A stretch of 64,000 nucleotides of DNA from Haliotis rufescens (taxonomy: Eukaryota). Below, piece by piece: positions 61,516-64,000 of this stretch (positions are counted from its first letter, which is position 1; the number at the start of each line of letters is the position of its first letter). The DNA is taken from NCBI RefSeq assembly GCF_023055435.1, contig NW_025964372.1, positions 31,930,001 through 31,994,000 of the forward strand, read 5' to 3'. The position numbers and the translations under genes were made by a program. The notes under the pieces are model-generated. The model was given only the letters and a program-made list of their open reading frames with translations. It made no database searches and was not told the origin of the DNA.

Positions 61516-64000
61516 TATCCCGGGCTGTTATGTTGGGATATCTGTCCTTCAATCACAGGAGTCCATCAGTGGGTCCACAACACTTTATTTGTGGTATATC
61601 AGTTACAGCATGTGCATAATCACGTTTGTGGTGATGGGACAGACATGGCCAGGCAGCATATCAGAGGCGTCAGAGAGCCAACCTGCCTAGCCGCTGTCCG
61701 AGGGTCAAGTCCCGACTAACAGAAAGCGTACTACCTTTAACCCTCACTGTCAGACTGCCATGTATCGTGTTACGTTACATACATGGTCAGCCTGCAGTAT
61801 TCCGCACCTCATCCACAATGTTAAGCTTCAGTGGCCAACCGGCCATTCTCTGGCACTAATTAGGAGCCACTGACCTGCACATGACTCCGTGCTGTTTGCC
61901 ATAGTAATAATAGTCCAGCTGCTGTTATAATTTGATTTGGGCAACGATGTGAATATTTATCTATATATATATTTAACTTATTTAACTCAGGGAATATATA
62001 AGACATATACATATTCCCTGTTAAAACCTATACTCTGCCAAACTGCCTACGATATACGCCCTTTCTGTAAAGAAGGACGTGTCCCACGTCCTTATAAAGC
62101 ATTGTGAATGAGGTAGGGATTAAATTACAATATACATGATACAAGTTAAATACTAAAGCATGAAACATGTTAAATTAATATAATAGGGTAGAGACGGTAT
62201 AGCTATACCATTCAGATTGTACTGATGTGACAAATTATACAAGGATTCGTATCAACCATGGTTGATTCACAAAGTTTAAATGATGAATTCATATTAAAAT
62301 TGAACAACATCCACGGTAAGCTGTATATTATTAATCCATAAGTTAGTATAATAATAACAATAGTTTCAAAATAGGAAAGCAGACTGAGATATATGCTGTG
62401 GAACCCGATTTTCTTTTTGCTACAACAGACGGCACATTACAATGTGTTAATTAACACCAGATTACGTCAAGTACATGGATCAACACAATAAAATAAAGTA
62501 CACCATGTATAAATAACATTGTTACACAAATACGTTTCCACTGAGCAGTGAGGTAGAAAATATTTTTTTAAAAATAGAGCTTTACAGGAATCATGGTAAG
62601 GTGCCATGTACCAATTCACCGTCACTAATAATATACACGACGCTCAAGTCTCACACAGTTGCTCGCTAATAGCTTATCATTCTAACGGTAAATGATCAGT
62701 CACACCTATAAATGCTCTCTCTCTCTCTCACTCACTCTCTCTTTCTCTCTCTCGCGTACGTACTTTTAACTCTCCCCTTTCTACCTGTCTCTCATCTACT
62801 CTCATCACATCACACCATTCAAGTCAACTATACAACCTATTAATACATCATATCAGGTTTACGAGCATCCTCATACACATCATAAATATATATCATAAAC
62901 ATCATTACATTTATCATAAGCATCATTTTCAATTTCAGGCGCATAATATTTCTCTTACACTACTGCTCATGACTAACAAAACATTACGAGCCGATCTCAG
63001 GCGTACTTGAAACACACAATGTCATTCATACATCAAATAGCAGTGAAACAACGCCCTAATCAAATTGATATATTTTAGTGCATATTACTAAACGTCGGGA
63101 AGGGGCACAGGCTACTAAGTTGACGGGACATATACACACAGGTGTATGCTACAGCTGAGAGAAAAAGGAACAGGGACAGAAAATTGTATACATGTACAAA
63201 GAAAGCGTTAAGTGGTGGCAGAAAGTAATTAACAGGGGTCCACTTGCCGTAAAAACACGTCACTATTGTAAGATGTGACGGAAACCTTTTCACAAAGCTG
63301 CAAAGCGTCCAAATTGTGGATTCCGTGGCACAGTTGAAAGGCAGTGTGGTCAACTGTTCTCCGAATTCACAATGTTAGTTGCTGTTTTGACGTGAGTTGT
63401 GATGTGGACCCAGGATGGATGGATATCACCGGACTTGTGGGGAGATTTCGCTCACGAACGTTGTTGCAGAGAGGTTCCGAGATCTTGGATTCCACCATGT
63501 ATCCCGGGCTGTTATGTTTGGATATCTGTCCTTCAAACACAGGAGTCCATCAGTGGGTCCACAACACTTTATTTGTGGTATATCAGTTACAGCATGTGCA
63601 TAATCACGTTTGTGGTGATGGGACAGACATGGCCAGGCAGCATATCAGAGGCGTCAGAGAGCCAACCTGCCTAGCCGCTGTCCGAGGGTCAAGTCCCGAC
63701 TAACAGAAAGCGTACTACCTTTAACCCTCACTGTCAGACTGCCATGTATCGTGTTACGTTACATACATGGTCAGCCTGCAGTATTCCGCACCTCATCCAC
63801 AATGTTAAGCTTCAGTGGCCAACCGGCCATTCTCTGGCACTAATTAGGAGCCACTGACCTGCACATGACTCCGTGCTGTTTGCCATAGTAATAATAGTCC
63901 AGCTGCTGTTATAATTTGATTTGGGCAACGATGTGAATATTTATCTATATATATATTTAACTAATTTAACTCAGGGAATATATAAGACATATACATATTC
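61516..64000 (+). repeat. Local direct duplication: 61516-62016 is nearly identical to 63500-64000 (offset 1984)
   Basis: Only a few substitutions over about 500 bp; the second copy runs off the window end. Confidence 0.92.

Noticed and set aside
63081-63674. About 200-codon plus-strand frame interrupted only by three TGA codons (63156, 63276, 63393); possible multi-Sec protein
   Set aside because: No recognisable homology, no convincing SECIS in the remaining sequence, and could arise by chance. Revisit only if transcripts and a downstream SECIS are found.

Overview
Eukaryotic (animal) genomic DNA, AT-rich and repeat-dense. The SINE repertoire suggests a mollusc, probably a gastropod such as abalone (inference). 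Five protein-coding genes were reconstructed by hand from GT-AG splice sites and exon phases: (1) the last two exons of a SelJ / J1-crystallin / ADP-ribosylglycohydrolase-family gene (+), with a candidate SECIS element in its 3' region; (2) an intronless RING-H2 E3-ligase-like gene (-); (3) TSEN15 (+, 4 exons), head-to-head with the RING gene; (4) MVB12 (+, 9 coding exons); (5) TRIM45 (-, 5 exons), convergent with MVB12. The rest holds four short-retroposon families, several MITE families with TSDs, Gypsy and L2 relics, and seven tandem arrays (30, 29, GCAAC-based, 45, 40, ~24 and 42 bp units). Most long ORFs in the ORF track are artefacts of these arrays. Best leads: the SelJ SECIS with an atypical apical loop, a tRNA-less retroposon with a fixed, structured 5' end, an orphan TATA/Inr/NF-kB promoter at about 57.5 kb, and arrays placed next to splice donors and poly(A) sites.
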